Positions 41,191-54,389 of a stretch of 64,000 bases of DNA are shown here, piece by piece. A program made the translations under genes and the position numbers. The DNA is from Aquabacterium sp. Lineage in GTDB: Bacteria > Pseudomonadota > Gammaproteobacteria > Burkholderiales > Burkholderiaceae_C. Where the stretch lies: positions 44,406 to 108,405 of the forward strand of contig NZ_JBMOIR010000006.1 in the NCBI RefSeq assembly GCF_049317225.1. Direction: 5' to 3'. A model generated the notes under the pieces. The model had not been told where the DNA came from and did no database searches. It saw only the letters and a list, made by a program, of their open reading frames with translations. The first letter of the stretch is position 1. Each line of letters begins with the position of its first letter.

Positions 41191-42972
41191 ATGTCGACTT
41201 ACCAAGCCCCTATTCGTGACATGTTGTTCACGATGCAAGAGGTGGCCGGACTGGATGGCATCTGCGCCCAGCCTGGCCACGAAGAGACCACGCCCGATCT
41301 GGTCGAAGCGATTCTGGACGAAGCCGGCCGCTTCGCCACTGGCGTTCTGGACCCCCTGAACTGGCCTGGCGATCAGCAAGGCGCGCGCTGGGACCAAGGT
41401 GAGGTCCGCAGTGCCGACGGTTTCAAGCAGGCTTACGAGCAGTTCTGCGAAACAGGCTGGAATGGCATGCCCGCGTCACCCGAGTTCGGTGGCCAGGGTG
41501 TCCCCACCTTGGTCTCGACCGCGGTACTGGAAATGTGGAAGGCATCGAACATGGCGTTTTCGCTGTGCCAGATGCTGACACTGGGCGCCATCGAAGCCAT
41601 TGCACAGCACGGCAGTCCTGCGCTGCAACAACGCTTTCTGCCCAACATGGTGTCTGGCCGCTGGACCGGCACCATGAACCTGACCGAACCCCAGGCAGGG
41701 TCGGACCTGTCTGCCATCCGCAGCAAGGCCGTCCCCGAAGGCGATCACTACCGCATCAGCGGCACCAAGATCTTCATCACCTGGGGTGAGCACGACATGG
41801 CCGAGAACATCGTCCATCTGGTGCTGGCCCGCCTGCCCGATGCGCCTCCCGGCGTGAAAGGCATCTCGCTGTTTCTGTGCCCCAAGTACCTGGTCAACGA
41901 CGATGGTTCGCTGGGGGCTCGCAATGACCTGCTGTGCACGTCCATCGAGCACAAGATGGGCATCCACGGCAGCCCCACCGCGGTGATGTCGTTTGGCGAT
42001 GGCCCTGGCGCCGTGGGCTACCTGGTGGGCGAAGCCCACAAGGGCTTGGGCTACATGTTCACGATGATGAACCACGCTCGCCTGAACGTGGGTCTGGAAG
42101 GCGTGGCCATTTCCGACCGTGCCTACCAGCGTGCCCGAGCGTATGCGATAGACCGTGTGCAAGGCAAAACCTTGTCGGGCAGCAAGGGCATCATCGGCCA
42201 CCCCGATGTGCGTCGCATGCTGATGGACATGAAGGCCCGTGTGGAAGCCATGCGCTCGCTGGCCTACTTTGCCGCCGGCCAGATGGATCGCGCGCATGGC
42301 CACGACAGCGAAGCCACCCGAGTGCAAAGCCAGGCTCTGGTGGATTTGCTGATCCCCATTGTCAAAGGCTGGTGCACGGAAACGGCCCAGATCGTGACGG
42401 CCGATGGCGTCCAGATCCACGGCGGCATGGGCTTCATCGAAGAGACCGGCGCGGCACAGTACGTGCGCGATGCGCGCATCACCACCATCTACGAAGGCAC
42501 CACCGGGATCCAGGCCAACGACCTGATCGGCCGCAAACTTGCCCGCGATCAAGGTGCCACGATGAAGGCCCTGCAACGCACAATGTGGGCCGAGGCTCAA
42601 AGATTGAGCGATCATTCTGACGCCATCCTGCGGCAACTGGGGCAAGGCCTACAACGCGGTCTGGATGCCCTGGCACAGGCGACAGACTGGCTGCTCGTCC
42701 AGTCGGCACAGCAACCAGCCTCGACCGCTGCGGGTGCCGTGCCTTATCTGAAACTGTGCGGCACCGTGATGGGCGCCTGGCTCATGAGCCGCGCAGCCGA
42801 AGCCGCTCATACTCAGAAGGGGCGCCCCGGCTCCGATGACGCCTTCCTGCAGGCCAAGGTGGTCACGGCCCAACACTTCCATCTGCACATGCTGGTGGAA
42901 GCCCCGGCCTGGCGTGACCGCGTGGTCAACGGTGCGCAATCGACACTGACTTTGAACGACGAGCAGTTCTGA
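41191..42972 (+). CDS. Long (about 590 aa) acyl-CoA dehydrogenase with a C-terminal extension domain
   Basis: The ACAD N-terminal, middle and C-terminal domains are present (TEPQAGSDLS, IHGGMGFIEETG..YVRDARITTIYEGTTGIQ), followed by an extra C-terminal domain. Confidence 0.88.
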   Translation: MSTYQAPIRDMLFTMQEVAGLDGICAQPGHEETTPDLVEAILDEAGRFATGVLDPLNWPGDQQGARWDQGEVRSADGFKQAYEQFCETGWNGMPASPEFGGQGVPTLVSTAVLEMWKASNMAFSLCQMLTLGAIEAIAQHGSPALQQRFLPNMVSGRWTGTMNLTEPQAGSDLSAIRSKAVPEGDHYRISGTKIFITWGEHDMAENIVHLVLARLPDAPPGVKGISLFLCPKYLVNDDGSLGARNDLLCTSIEHKMGIHGSPTAVMSFGDGPGAVGYLVGEAHKGLGYMFTMMNHARLNVGLEGVAISDRAYQRARAYAIDRVQGKTLSGSKGIIGHPDVRRMLMDMKARVEAMRSLAYFAAGQMDRAHGHDSEATRVQSQALVDLLIPIVKGWCTETAQIVTADGVQIHGGMGFIEETGAAQYVRDARITTIYEGTTGIQANDLIGRKLARDQGATMKALQRTMWAEAQRLSDHSDAILRQLGQGLQRGLDALAQATDWLLVQSAQQPASTAAGAVPYLKLCGTVMGAWLMSRAAEAAHTQKGRPGSDDAFLQAKVVTAQHFHLHMLVEAPAWRDRVVNGAQSTLTLNDEQF

Positions 42973-42998
42973 GTCAGCGGGAGTTGAACGCGGGGGCC

Positions 42999-46541
<3,543 letters not shown>

Positions 46542-46581
46542 CCGGGCATTGTATGAATGCCAGCGGACTTACCCCTTCGCG

Positions 46582-47250
46582 TCAGCGGTTTTTTGCACCC
46601 GGCAGCAGCGCCAGCAAGCCGTGGTACGGCAGCATGTTGGTGCGCACCACCTTGTCAATGGGCTCTTCAAACCCGTCCTGCATCCACCGGGCGGCCAGCA
46701 GCACATTGAGGCCAATCATGCCGTCGGCCAGCAAATTCAGGTTGATGCGATCCATTTGCTCGGGCGACAGAATGTGAACCAGGTATTGGCGCAGCAGGGC
46801 TGCATAGTCCCGCGCCGTGGCCCCGCTGAGCGCCGCCACCTCGTCGCTCACGGCCAGCGCATCCACCAGCATGATGCGCCCGCGCCGCGGATCGTCGCGA
46901 ATGAACACCAGAAAGACCCGCATGGCCGACTCCAGCATGTCGATCGGCCCGGTGGCCTGAGACTGCTTCATCGCCGACAGCGTCAAGCCCATCAACTGCT
47001 CGCGCAACTCAGCATAAGTGGCCAAAAAGAGTTGCGACAAGGTCTTGAACGATTCGTAGAAGTAACGCTCGGTCAAGTGGGCCGCCACGCAGATCTCGCG
47101 AACGGTGGCTGTGTGGAAGCCCTTGGTGCCGAACACCTCGATCGCGCCTTCGATCAATTTCGCACGACGCAGGCGCTGCCGCTCTTCGGGCAACACACCG
47201 CCGTACCGTCGACGACTGGGTTGAGAGGGTTCTGGCGTGAGGTGGTCCAT
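46582..47250 (-). CDS. TetR-family transcriptional regulator
   Basis: The HTH reads GAIEVFGTKGFHTATVREICVAAHLTERYFYESF. I chose the ATG at 47250. Confidence 0.85.
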   Translation of the reverse strand: MDHLTPEPSQPSRRRYGGVLPEERQRLRRAKLIEGAIEVFGTKGFHTATVREICVAAHLTERYFYESFKTLSQLFLATYAELREQLMGLTLSAMKQSQATGPIDMLESAMRVFLVFIRDDPRRGRIMLVDALAVSDEVAALSGATARDYAALLRQYLVHILSPEQMDRINLNLLADGMIGLNVLLAARWMQDGFEEPIDKVVRTNMLPYHGLLALLPGAKNR

Positions 47251-47256
47251 AGGGAT

Positions 47257-47312
47257 CACTATATTGACATGAAGTCTTGTCAACAATAGTGTGACAACAA
47301 AAATTGTCACAC
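47257..47312. promoter_or_regulatory. Two overlapping inverted repeats (candidate TetR operators) around a TTGACA-N17-TAGTGT promoter
   Basis: The first repeat is CACTATATTGACA-N8-TGTCAACAATAGTG (imperfect, 47257-47291). The second is GTGTGACAA-N6-TTGTCACAC (perfect 9 bp, 47289-47312). TTGACA lies at 47264-47269. Confidence 0.45.
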
Positions 47313-47329
47313 CCAACCTCCCCCCCAAC

Positions 47330-48250
47330 ATGAGTATCCAGGCCTTTCTGACGAATCTGATCCTGCGCCACCAGTTCAAACGCGCAGGTCGCGGCCCCTT
47401 GAACGTCCAGAAGGCCCGGTACATGGTCAACAAAATGGCCAAGCGGGCCCCGCCGCTGCCCAAGGACATCCGCCACACGCCCGTGCCGGCTCGCCCTGAT
47501 GCACAGTTGTGTGCCGCCGAGTGGCTGAGCGTGGACCAGCCTCAGCGCACCATCGTGTACTTCCACGGTGGCGGCTACTTCTTCTGCGGGCTCGACACAC
47601 ACCGCCCGGTAGCCGGCTACCTGGCACGCGTGGCGCAGGCCCGGGTGCTGTCGGTGGACTACCGCATGGCACCGGAGCATGTGTTCCCGGCGGCCGTGGA
47701 CGATGCCGTGGCCTGGTGGCAGCAACTGCTGCGCGATGGCACCTCGCCCACCGAGGTGCTGTTCGCCGGGGACTCGGCCGGCGGTGGCTTGGCGCTGGCG
47801 TGCATGGTCGCCGCCCGTGATCGTGGCCTGCCCATGCCTGCGGGCGCCATCTTGTTCTCCCCCTGGACCGACTTGTCCTGCTCGGGGGACACCATGCGCA
47901 CCCTGGCCGATGTGGACGTGATGTTCAACCCTGCTTCGCTGCCCGAAGCCGCTGCGCTGTACCTGAACGGACAGCCCACAGACACTCCGCTGGCATCGCC
48001 CCTGTTTGCCGACTTGCGAGGCCTGCCCCCGCTGATGATCCACGCCAGCACACACGAAATCCTGCTGGATGACTCGCAGCGCCTGCACAACCGGGCGCAA
48101 CAGCAAGGCGTGCGCAGCGAGTTGCACCTGAAAGCCAAGATGCCGCACGTCTGGCCCACCATGCTGCTGCTCCCGGAGGCCCGGGAAACCTTGAAGCACT
48201 GTGGCGAATTTGCCCGTCAGGTGACCCCCAGCCGCGCTCCCGCACCCTGA
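47330..48250 (+). CDS. Alpha/beta hydrolase, family IV (hormone-sensitive-lipase-like) esterase
   Basis: The HGGGY oxyanion motif (VYFHGGGYFF) and the GDSAGG nucleophile elbow are present. The start is uncertain: either the ATG at 47330 or the GTG at 47291. Confidence 0.82.
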   Translation: MSIQAFLTNLILRHQFKRAGRGPLNVQKARYMVNKMAKRAPPLPKDIRHTPVPARPDAQLCAAEWLSVDQPQRTIVYFHGGGYFFCGLDTHRPVAGYLARVAQARVLSVDYRMAPEHVFPAAVDDAVAWWQQLLRDGTSPTEVLFAGDSAGGGLALACMVAARDRGLPMPAGAILFSPWTDLSCSGDTMRTLADVDVMFNPASLPEAAALYLNGQPTDTPLASPLFADLRGLPPLMIHASTHEILLDDSQRLHNRAQQQGVRSELHLKAKMPHVWPTMLLLPEARETLKHCGEFARQVTPSRAPAP

Positions 48251-48300
48251 AGCAGGGCTGCCGTGCGGCCAAGCCTTGGAAAGCACGGCATCATTTGCAC

Positions 48301-49248
48301 ATGAATTGGCTCAAACGTCTTTGGTGGAGTGCGGTCCTGCTCGGGCTGCTGGTGGCCGTCGGGGTGTACGCCACCTGGCAGCCCGATCGGCAACTGGGCC
48401 AGTTGGTGGGACGCTGGGCGCCTGAACCCTCCACTTTTTTAGAGCTGGACGGCATGCAGGTCCACCTCCGGGACACCGGCCCGCGCGACGACCCCCACCC
48501 CTTGCTCATGCTGCACGGCATGTCGTCGAGCCTGCACACCTTTGAAGACTGGCAATCGGCCTTGCAAGGCCAGCATCGCGTCATCACCGTGGACCTGCCG
48601 GGTTTTGGCCTGACCGGCCCCAGCCCTCAAGGCGACTACCGCATTGACGCCTACACCCGCTTCGTGCTGCGCTTGCTGGATGTACTCAGCCTCAAGCGCG
48701 TCGTGTTAATTGGCAACGCCCTGGGCGGCGAAATCGCGTGGCAAACCGCGGTGCTGGCACCCGAGCGCGTCAGCAAGCTGGTCCTGATCGATGCCGATGG
48801 CTACCAGCCCTCGGTGCAATCCATGCCCCTGGGCTTTCGGTTTGCAAGCATGCGCGGTCTGCGCTGGATCGCCGAGCGCGTCATGCCCCATAGCTTGATG
48901 GCCTCCAGCGTGCGCAGCGTGTACGGAGACCCCAGCAAGGCCACCCCCGACAAGATCGACCGCTATTTCGAACTGAACCTGCGCGTCGGTAATCGACGTG
49001 CGCTGTTTCAGCGCATGGATCAGGCGCAGTTCGGCAACAGTTCGGTGCTGATTCGGCGCATTCAAACCCCCACGTTGGTCCTGTGGGGCGAGCGGGATCG
49101 CATGATCTCGTCCGATCAGGGCGCGCAGTTCTGCCACGACATCCCCCACTGCAAGCTGGTGATGTTCAAGGATCTGGGGCACATCCCTCAAGAAGAAGAT
49201 CCGCCCGCCACCTTGGCCCCCCTGCGCGCCTTCTTGGTCACGCCCTGA
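48301..49248 (+). CDS. Membrane-anchored alpha/beta-fold hydrolase homolog with Ala at the nucleophile position
   Basis: It has an N-terminal TM helix and the HG motif (LLMLHGMSSS). The nucleophile elbow reads GNALGG where the family consensus is GNSMGG. An Asp (GERDRM) and a His (LGHIPQEE) are retained. I chose the ATG at 48301. Confidence 0.8.
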   Translation: MNWLKRLWWSAVLLGLLVAVGVYATWQPDRQLGQLVGRWAPEPSTFLELDGMQVHLRDTGPRDDPHPLLMLHGMSSSLHTFEDWQSALQGQHRVITVDLPGFGLTGPSPQGDYRIDAYTRFVLRLLDVLSLKRVVLIGNALGGEIAWQTAVLAPERVSKLVLIDADGYQPSVQSMPLGFRFASMRGLRWIAERVMPHSLMASSVRSVYGDPSKATPDKIDRYFELNLRVGNRRALFQRMDQAQFGNSSVLIRRIQTPTLVLWGERDRMISSDQGAQFCHDIPHCKLVMFKDLGHIPQEEDPPATLAPLRAFLVTP

Positions 49249-49324
49249 ACAAAAAGCAGCATTTCCCACTAAAAACTGCGCCTGCTACCTGCCCGTTGGC
49301 CCATAAACCGGCTACCCTTCGGCC

Positions 49325-50191
49325 ATGTTCAGTTATCGACACGGCTTTCACGCGGGCAACCACGCCGATGTGCTCAAGCACATGGTGCTGGTGCAGGTGC
49401 TTGAGCACCTGCTGCACAAAGACAAACCTTTCTGGGTGATCGACACCCACGCGGGCGGGGGCGTTTACGACCTGACCAGCGGCTACGCCACCAAGAGTGG
49501 CGAATTCGAGTCCGGCATCGCCACCTTGTGGCCCATGCGCAAGGACAAGTCTATCCCGGAAGCCGTGCGCAGCCTGCTCAAACAGGTGCAAGCCCTGAAC
49601 GAGGGCGATGAGCTCAAGTGGTATCCAGGCTCCCCGCAAATTGAAGCGCAAATGTTGCGCGAGGGCGATCACCTGCGCCTGTATGAACTGCACCCCTCCG
49701 AAATCAAACTGCTCGAATCGCACTTTGACTCGGTGCGCCGCGGTGTCAGCATCCAGCACGCCGATGGCTTTGCCGGCCTGCGTGGCTGCCTGCCGCCCCC
49801 CCCCCGTCGCGGACTAGTCCATATTGATCCGCCCTACGAGATCAAGGAAGACTACCGCCGCGTGCTGCAAACCCTGCAGGATGCCGTGAGCCGCTTCAGC
49901 ACTGGCACCTACGCCATCTGGTATCCGGAAGTGGCCCGTCGCGAGTCCCTGCAGTTCCCGGCCCAACTCAAGCGCCTGGCGGGCGACATGCCCAAGGTGG
50001 ACTGGCTGCACGCCACTCTGCGCGTCAAGGGCGCCGAGCGGGATGGCGTGGGCCTGTATGGCAGCGGCATGTTCATCATCAACCCGCCCTGGACCCTGTA
50101 CGACCGCCTGGCCAAGGCCCTGCCTTGGCTGGTCGAGACGATTGGTCAGGACGACCACGCGGCCTACACACTGGAAGCGCAGCAAAGCTGA
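49325..50191 (+). CDS. rlmJ: 23S rRNA (adenine2030-N6)-methyltransferase RlmJ
   Basis: The MFSYRHGFHAGNHADVLKH N-terminus and the IDPPYE motif are present in the 288-aa product. Confidence 0.9.
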   Translation: MFSYRHGFHAGNHADVLKHMVLVQVLEHLLHKDKPFWVIDTHAGGGVYDLTSGYATKSGEFESGIATLWPMRKDKSIPEAVRSLLKQVQALNEGDELKWYPGSPQIEAQMLREGDHLRLYELHPSEIKLLESHFDSVRRGVSIQHADGFAGLRGCLPPPPRRGLVHIDPPYEIKEDYRRVLQTLQDAVSRFSTGTYAIWYPEVARRESLQFPAQLKRLAGDMPKVDWLHATLRVKGAERDGVGLYGSGMFIINPPWTLYDRLAKALPWLVETIGQDDHAAYTLEAQQS

Positions 50192-50205
50192 CCTCCCGCA
50201 CCGAG

Positions 50206-51150
50206 ATGACGGAGCGACGACTCGCCCTCTCGCCGGAAGCCCTGCAGATGATGGACACCATCGCACGCACGGGCAGCTTTGCAGCGGCCGCACGCGAGTT
50301 GGGCAAGGTGCCATCGGCCCTGACCTATGGCGTACGCCAGCTGGAAGAAAGCCTGGATGTGCTGCTGTTTGACCGCCGCAGCCGTCAGGCCAAACTGACC
50401 GCCGCCGGCGAAGAACTGCTGCGCGAAGGTCGATTGCTGCTGCTGCAAATGGATGCCGTCGCCAACCGTGTCAAACGGGTGGCCTCCGGCTGGGAAACCG
50501 AACTCACGCTCGCGGTCGACAAGGTCATCGGCCACCAGGCCATTCTGGATCTGGTCGAAGCCTTCTGCGCGCAGCAGTCCCCCACGCGCCTGCGCATCCT
50601 CAGCGAGGTGATGAATGGCACCTGGGAAGCACTCACCAGTGGCGCCGCCGATCTGGCGATCGGCCTACCCGGCCAGCACCTCAGCAATGCCGGCGTGCGG
50701 GCCGAGTTGATTGGCGACCTACCCTTCACCCTGGCCGTCTCACCGCACCACCCTTTGGCCCAGGCACCCAACCCGATTGACACCGGCACGTTGGCCGAGC
50801 ACCGCATCATCGCGGTCGCCGACACGGCACGTCGGCTGGAGCCTATGACCGTCGGCATCGTGCCCGGGCAAGATGTGCTGACCGTCCCGTCGATGTCGGC
50901 CAAACTTGAAGCACAACTGCGCGGACTGGGCTGCGGCTTCCTGCCTCACCCGATGGTGGCCCCGCATCTGGCCACAGGACGCCTGATCCAAAAGGATGTG
51001 GCCGGCTCGCCCCGCACGATTCGCCTGCACTACGCCTGGCGTCAGGGCGAATCCCAACCAGGGCTGGCTTTATCCTGGTGGATCAAGCAACTGGGCAGCG
51101 ACAAGACGCGCCAGGCCCTGCTGTCGTCTCATGGCGACCTGCTGCAATAG
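50206..51150 (+). CDS. LysR-family transcriptional regulator
   Basis: The HTH reads [34 protein letters not shown] chose the ATG at 50206. Confidence 0.88.
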   Translation: MTERRLALSPEALQMMDTIARTGSFAAAARELGKVPSALTYGVRQLEESLDVLLFDRRSRQAKLTAAGEELLREGRLLLLQMDAVANRVKRVASGWETELTLAVDKVIGHQAILDLVEAFCAQQSPTRLRILSEVMNGTWEALTSGAADLAIGLPGQHLSNAGVRAELIGDLPFTLAVSPHHPLAQAPNPIDTGTLAEHRIIAVADTARRLEPMTVGIVPGQDVLTVPSMSAKLEAQLRGLGCGFLPHPMVAPHLATGRLIQKDVAGSPRTIRLHYAWRQGESQPGLALSWWIKQLGSDKTRQALLSSHGDLLQ

Positions 51151-51160
51151 CCCAAGGATC

Positions 51161-52039
51161 ATGTCGACTTACGTCGGACGTTTTGCGCCTTCCCCCACCG
51201 GCCCCTTGCACGCGGGCTCGCTGGTCGCGGCACTGGCCAGTTGGTTGGATGCCCGCGCCCATCGGGGACGCTGGCTCATCCGCATCGAAGATGTAGACCT
51301 GCCGCGTTGCATCCAAGGGGCAGACGCCCTCATCCTTCAACAACTGGCGCAAGTCGGCCTCACGTCCGATGGCCCGGTGCTCTACCAAAGCCAGCGCCAC
51401 ACGGCCTACCAGGCTGCGCTCGACACCCTGGTGGACCGTGCGCAGGCCTACCCCTGCGGCTGCACCCGTGCGGACATCACGCAAGCCAATGCTGCGCTGG
51501 GACTCAACAAAGAACGCCACGGCGACCTGGTCTACCCCGGCACCTGCCGCCCCAGCCAAGGCGGGCTGAAGGGCAAGCCCGCGCGCGCCTGGCGTCTGCT
51601 GGTGCCCGAATCCGGAGTCTGGTCATGGCAGGACCGTCGACTGGGACCGCAAACCCAGTGTCTGGCCCGCGAGGTAGGTGACTTTGTGATCCGACGTGCC
51701 GATGGGCTGTGGGCCTATCAATTGGCCGTGGTGGTGGACGATGCAACGCAAGGCATCTCCGACATCGTGCGCGGCGAAGACCTCACCGATAACACCCCAC
51801 GCCAGCAATGGCTGCAACAGTGTCTGGGCATCCAGACCCCTCGCTACCTGCACACACCACTGGTGCTCGGCCCCAATGGCGAAAAGCTCTCCAAACAAAA
51901 CGGGGCCACGCCGCTGGACCTCACCGATCCGTTGGCCGCTCTGCACACCGCCGGCCAAGCCCTGGGCCTGCAGATCCAGGCCCGCACCGTGAGTGAGTGG
52001 CTGCAAGCCGCCACACAGGCCTGGCCCTGGCGGAACTGA
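51161..52039 (+). CDS. gluQ: tRNA glutamyl-Q(34) synthetase (GluRS paralog)
   Basis: The motifs [16 protein letters not shown] and IRIEDVD are present, with KLSKQ as the KMSKS-like motif. The truncated length (292 aa) is typical of YadB/GluQRS. The ATG at 51161 is preceded by AAGGA. Confidence 0.88.
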   Translation: MSTYVGRFAPSPTGPLHAGSLVAALASWLDARAHRGRWLIRIEDVDLPRCIQGADALILQQLAQVGLTSDGPVLYQSQRHTAYQAALDTLVDRAQAYPCGCTRADITQANAALGLNKERHGDLVYPGTCRPSQGGLKGKPARAWRLLVPESGVWSWQDRRLGPQTQCLAREVGDFVIRRADGLWAYQLAVVVDDATQGISDIVRGEDLTDNTPRQQWLQQCLGIQTPRYLHTPLVLGPNGEKLSKQNGATPLDLTDPLAALHTAGQALGLQIQARTVSEWLQAATQAWPWRN

Positions 52040-52405
52040 TCAGCGACGTTCGACCACCACGAAGTGCTTGCGAACGGGCTCCAGCACCTCAAACGCTCCC
52101 TCGAAGCCGCCGGGGATCACAGCACCTTGCCCGGCCAGCACGTCGGTGAACCCGCCTTGCTGGTCATGCAAGCGCACATGCCCTTCCAGGACAAAAAAGT
52201 ATTCGTCCTTGTCGGCTGGAAACACAATGCGCCACCGGCCCACCTCGCACGCCCAGATCCCGGCCGTCATCTGTCCATCTGCCGACGCATACAAGGACCA
52301 GGTCTCCCGACGCGGGTTGCCTTGCTCCAGCCGATCCGGACGCGGAAAGTCCACCGCTCCGGGTGTCACGGGTGGATCCAGGCGAACAATGTGAGGCGCA
52401 GTCAT
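52040..52405 (-). CDS. Cupin-fold protein (DUF861/EutQ-like)
   Basis: The roughly 121-aa product shows a single cupin barrel pattern (...GIWACEVGRWRIVFPADKDEYFFVLEGHVRL...). It abuts the gluQ stop with no intergenic base. Confidence 0.7.
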   Translation of the reverse strand: MTAPHIVRLDPPVTPGAVDFPRPDRLEQGNPRRETWSLYASADGQMTAGIWACEVGRWRIVFPADKDEYFFVLEGHVRLHDQQGGFTDVLAGQGAVIPGGFEGAFEVLEPVRKHFVVVERR

Positions 52406-52407
52406 GA

Positions 52408-53010
52408 TCAAGGCAACAGGAAATGCTGGCGGTAGTACGCCAACTCATCAATCGATTCGTGAATGTCGGCCAGCGCCGTGTGCTTTTGCGCCTTCTTGAA
52501 GCCGCTCACCAGCTCGGGCTTCCAGCGACGCGCCAACTCCTTCAAGGTGCTCACGTCGAGGTTGCGGTAGTGGAAGAAGGCTTCCAACGTGGGCATGTAG
52601 CGCGCCAGAAAGCGCCGATCCTGGCAAATCGAGTTGCCACACATGGGCGACTTGTTGGTCGGCACGTATTGCTTGAGAAAGGCGATGGTGGCTTTGGCCG
52701 CCTCGTCTTCGGTCACGGTCGATGCCTTGACCCGATCGATCAAACCGCTGCGGCCATGCACCCCCTTGTTCCACTTGTCCATGCCGTTGAGCGCTTCATC
52801 CGACTGGTGAATGGCAAACACCGGCCCCTCGACCCGAACCGTCAGTTGCGGGTCGGTCACCACCACGGCCAGCTCGATGATGCGGTCACTGTCCACCTTC
52901 AACCCCGTCATTTCCAGGTCGATCCAGATCAAGTTCAGGTCACTTTTGGCCAGGCTGGGCGGCGCTGACACATCGGTCGTCAAATCGGCGGGCAAGTCAC
53001 TCAAGGTCAC
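52408..53010 (-). CDS. orn: Oligoribonuclease
   Basis: It matches E. coli Orn strongly ([42 protein letters not shown]...D). The start is uncertain: GTG 53010, GTG 52971 and ATG 53097 are all open. The shorter forms leave room for the divergent M48 promoter. Confidence 0.85.
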   Translation of the reverse strand: MTLSDLPADLTTDVSAPPSLAKSDLNLIWIDLEMTGLKVDSDRIIELAVVVTDPQLTVRVEGPVFAIHQSDEALNGMDKWNKGVHGRSGLIDRVKASTVTEDEAAKATIAFLKQYVPTNKSPMCGNSICQDRRFLARYMPTLEAFFHYRNLDVSTLKELARRWKPELVSGFKKAQKHTALADIHESIDELAYYRQHFLLP

Positions 53011-53105
53011 ACTCGTGAAGGCATCGCGGGGGAACAACGGTTGTCGACAAGGATTTGTCGCAACCAGAACGGGCCGATTGTGCGGGCAAACGTACACTTC
53101 GCACC

Positions 53106-54389
53106 ATGCAATCCAGCTCTCTCACCCTGCTTTTTGCAACCTTCGTGGTTGCGTCCCTGCTGACCAAGCTGTGGCTTGATGGCCGCCAGACCCGCCACGT
53201 GGCGCGTCACCGCGATGCCGTCCCGCCCGCCTTCGCCCAAGACGTGATGCTGAGCGCCCACCAACGGGCCGCGGCGTACACCCTCGACAAGCTGAAGTTT
53301 GGCCTGATCAGCACCAGCGTGAGCACCGCTATCCTGATCGGCTGGACTTTGCTGGGCGGTCTGGACCTGCTCAACACCGTCGTGCGTGAAGCCGTTCTGC
53401 CACGCTGGGGGGCGCTGCCCTACCAGCTGGCCTTGTTGGGCGCATTTGCCCTCATCGGCGCCGTCCTGGAGTGGCCGCTGGAGGCCTGGAACACCTTCAA
53501 GCTGGAACAACGCCACGGTTTCAACCGCATGACCTGGGGCATGTGGGTGGGCGATCAGGTCAAACAGATCCTGCTCACCTTGGTGCTGGGCGCCCCCCTG
53601 GCCGCGCTCATCCTGTGGATCATGGGCACAGCGGGGCCGCAATGGTGGTTGTGGGCGTGGGGTGCCTGGGTCAGCTTCACGCTGTTGCTGATGGTGATCT
53701 TTCCCATCTTCATCGCCCCCTTGTTCAACAAGTTCACCCCACTGGAAGACCTGGCTCTGATTGAACGCGTGAATGCGCTGATGGCCCGTTGCGGCTTCAC
53801 CGCCAAGGGCTTCTTCGTGATGGATGGCAGCCGCCGCTCGGCCCATGCCAACGCCTATTTCACCGGTCTGGGCGCGGCCAAGCGCGTCGTGTTTTTCGAC
53901 ACCTTGCTGAGCAAACTCACCCACGGTGAAGTCGAAGCCGTACTGGCCCATGAACTCGGCCACTTCAAGCACCGCCATGTGCTCAAGCGCATGGTGATGA
54001 TGTTCGTCATGAGCCTGCTGGGCTTTGCGCTGCTGGGCTGGCTGACGCAACAGATGTTCTTCTACACCGGCCTGGGTGTGCGCCCCAACCTGAGTGCCCC
54101 CAACGATGCCGTGGCCCTGCTGCTCTTCATGCTGACCCTGCCCCCCTTCATGTTCTTTGTCTCACCGGTGTTCGCTTACCTCTCGCGCCGCGACGAATAT
54201 GAAGCCGACGCGTACGCCTGCGCGCAATCCAGCGGGCAGGATCTGTCTCAGGCGCTCATCAAGCTGTACAAAGACAACTCAGCCACCCTGACGCCCGACC
54301 CCGTGTACGTGAGCTTTTACTACTCTCACCCCCCTGCCCTAGAGCGACTGAGCGCCATGCAACAGCTCACCCAAGCGGCCACAGCATGA
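53106..54389 (+). CDS. M48-family (Ste24-like) zinc metallopeptidase, polytopic
   Basis: It has the HELGHFKH (HExxH) motif, a downstream EYEAD and multiple TM helices. I chose the ATG at 53106. Confidence 0.85.
   Translation: MQSSSLTLLFATFVVASLLTKLWLDGRQTRHVARHRDAVPPAFAQDVMLSAHQRAAAYTLDKLKFGLISTSVSTAILIGWTLLGGLDLLNTVVREAVLPRWGALPYQLALLGAFALIGAVLEWPLEAWNTFKLEQRHGFNRMTWGMWVGDQVKQILLTLVLGAPLAALILWIMGTAGPQWWLWAWGAWVSFTLLLMVIFPIFIAPLFNKFTPLEDLALIERVNALMARCGFTAKGFFVMDGSRRSAHANAYFTGLGAAKRVVFFDTLLSKLTHGEVEAVLAHELGHFKHRHVLKRMVMMFVMSLLGFALLGWLTQQMFFYTGLGVRPNLSAPNDAVALLLFMLTLPPFMFFVSPVFAYLSRRDEYEADAYACAQSSGQDLSQALIKLYKDNSATLTPDPVYVSFYYSHPPALERLSAMQQLTQAATA

Noticed and set aside
47009-48286. A 425-aa minus-strand ORF spans the TetR 5' end, the intergenic operators and the whole esterase gene.
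   Set aside because: It crosses a clear divergent promoter region, has no family features, and the opposite strand encodes an HGGG/GDSAGG esterase. It is a GC-bias artefact.
52037-52042. gluQ and the cupin gene converge with zero intergenic bases (TGA followed directly by TCA), and no terminator is visible.
   Set aside because: This is unusual-looking but trivial. Tightly packed convergent genes are common in compact genomes, and there is no evidence of functional overlap.
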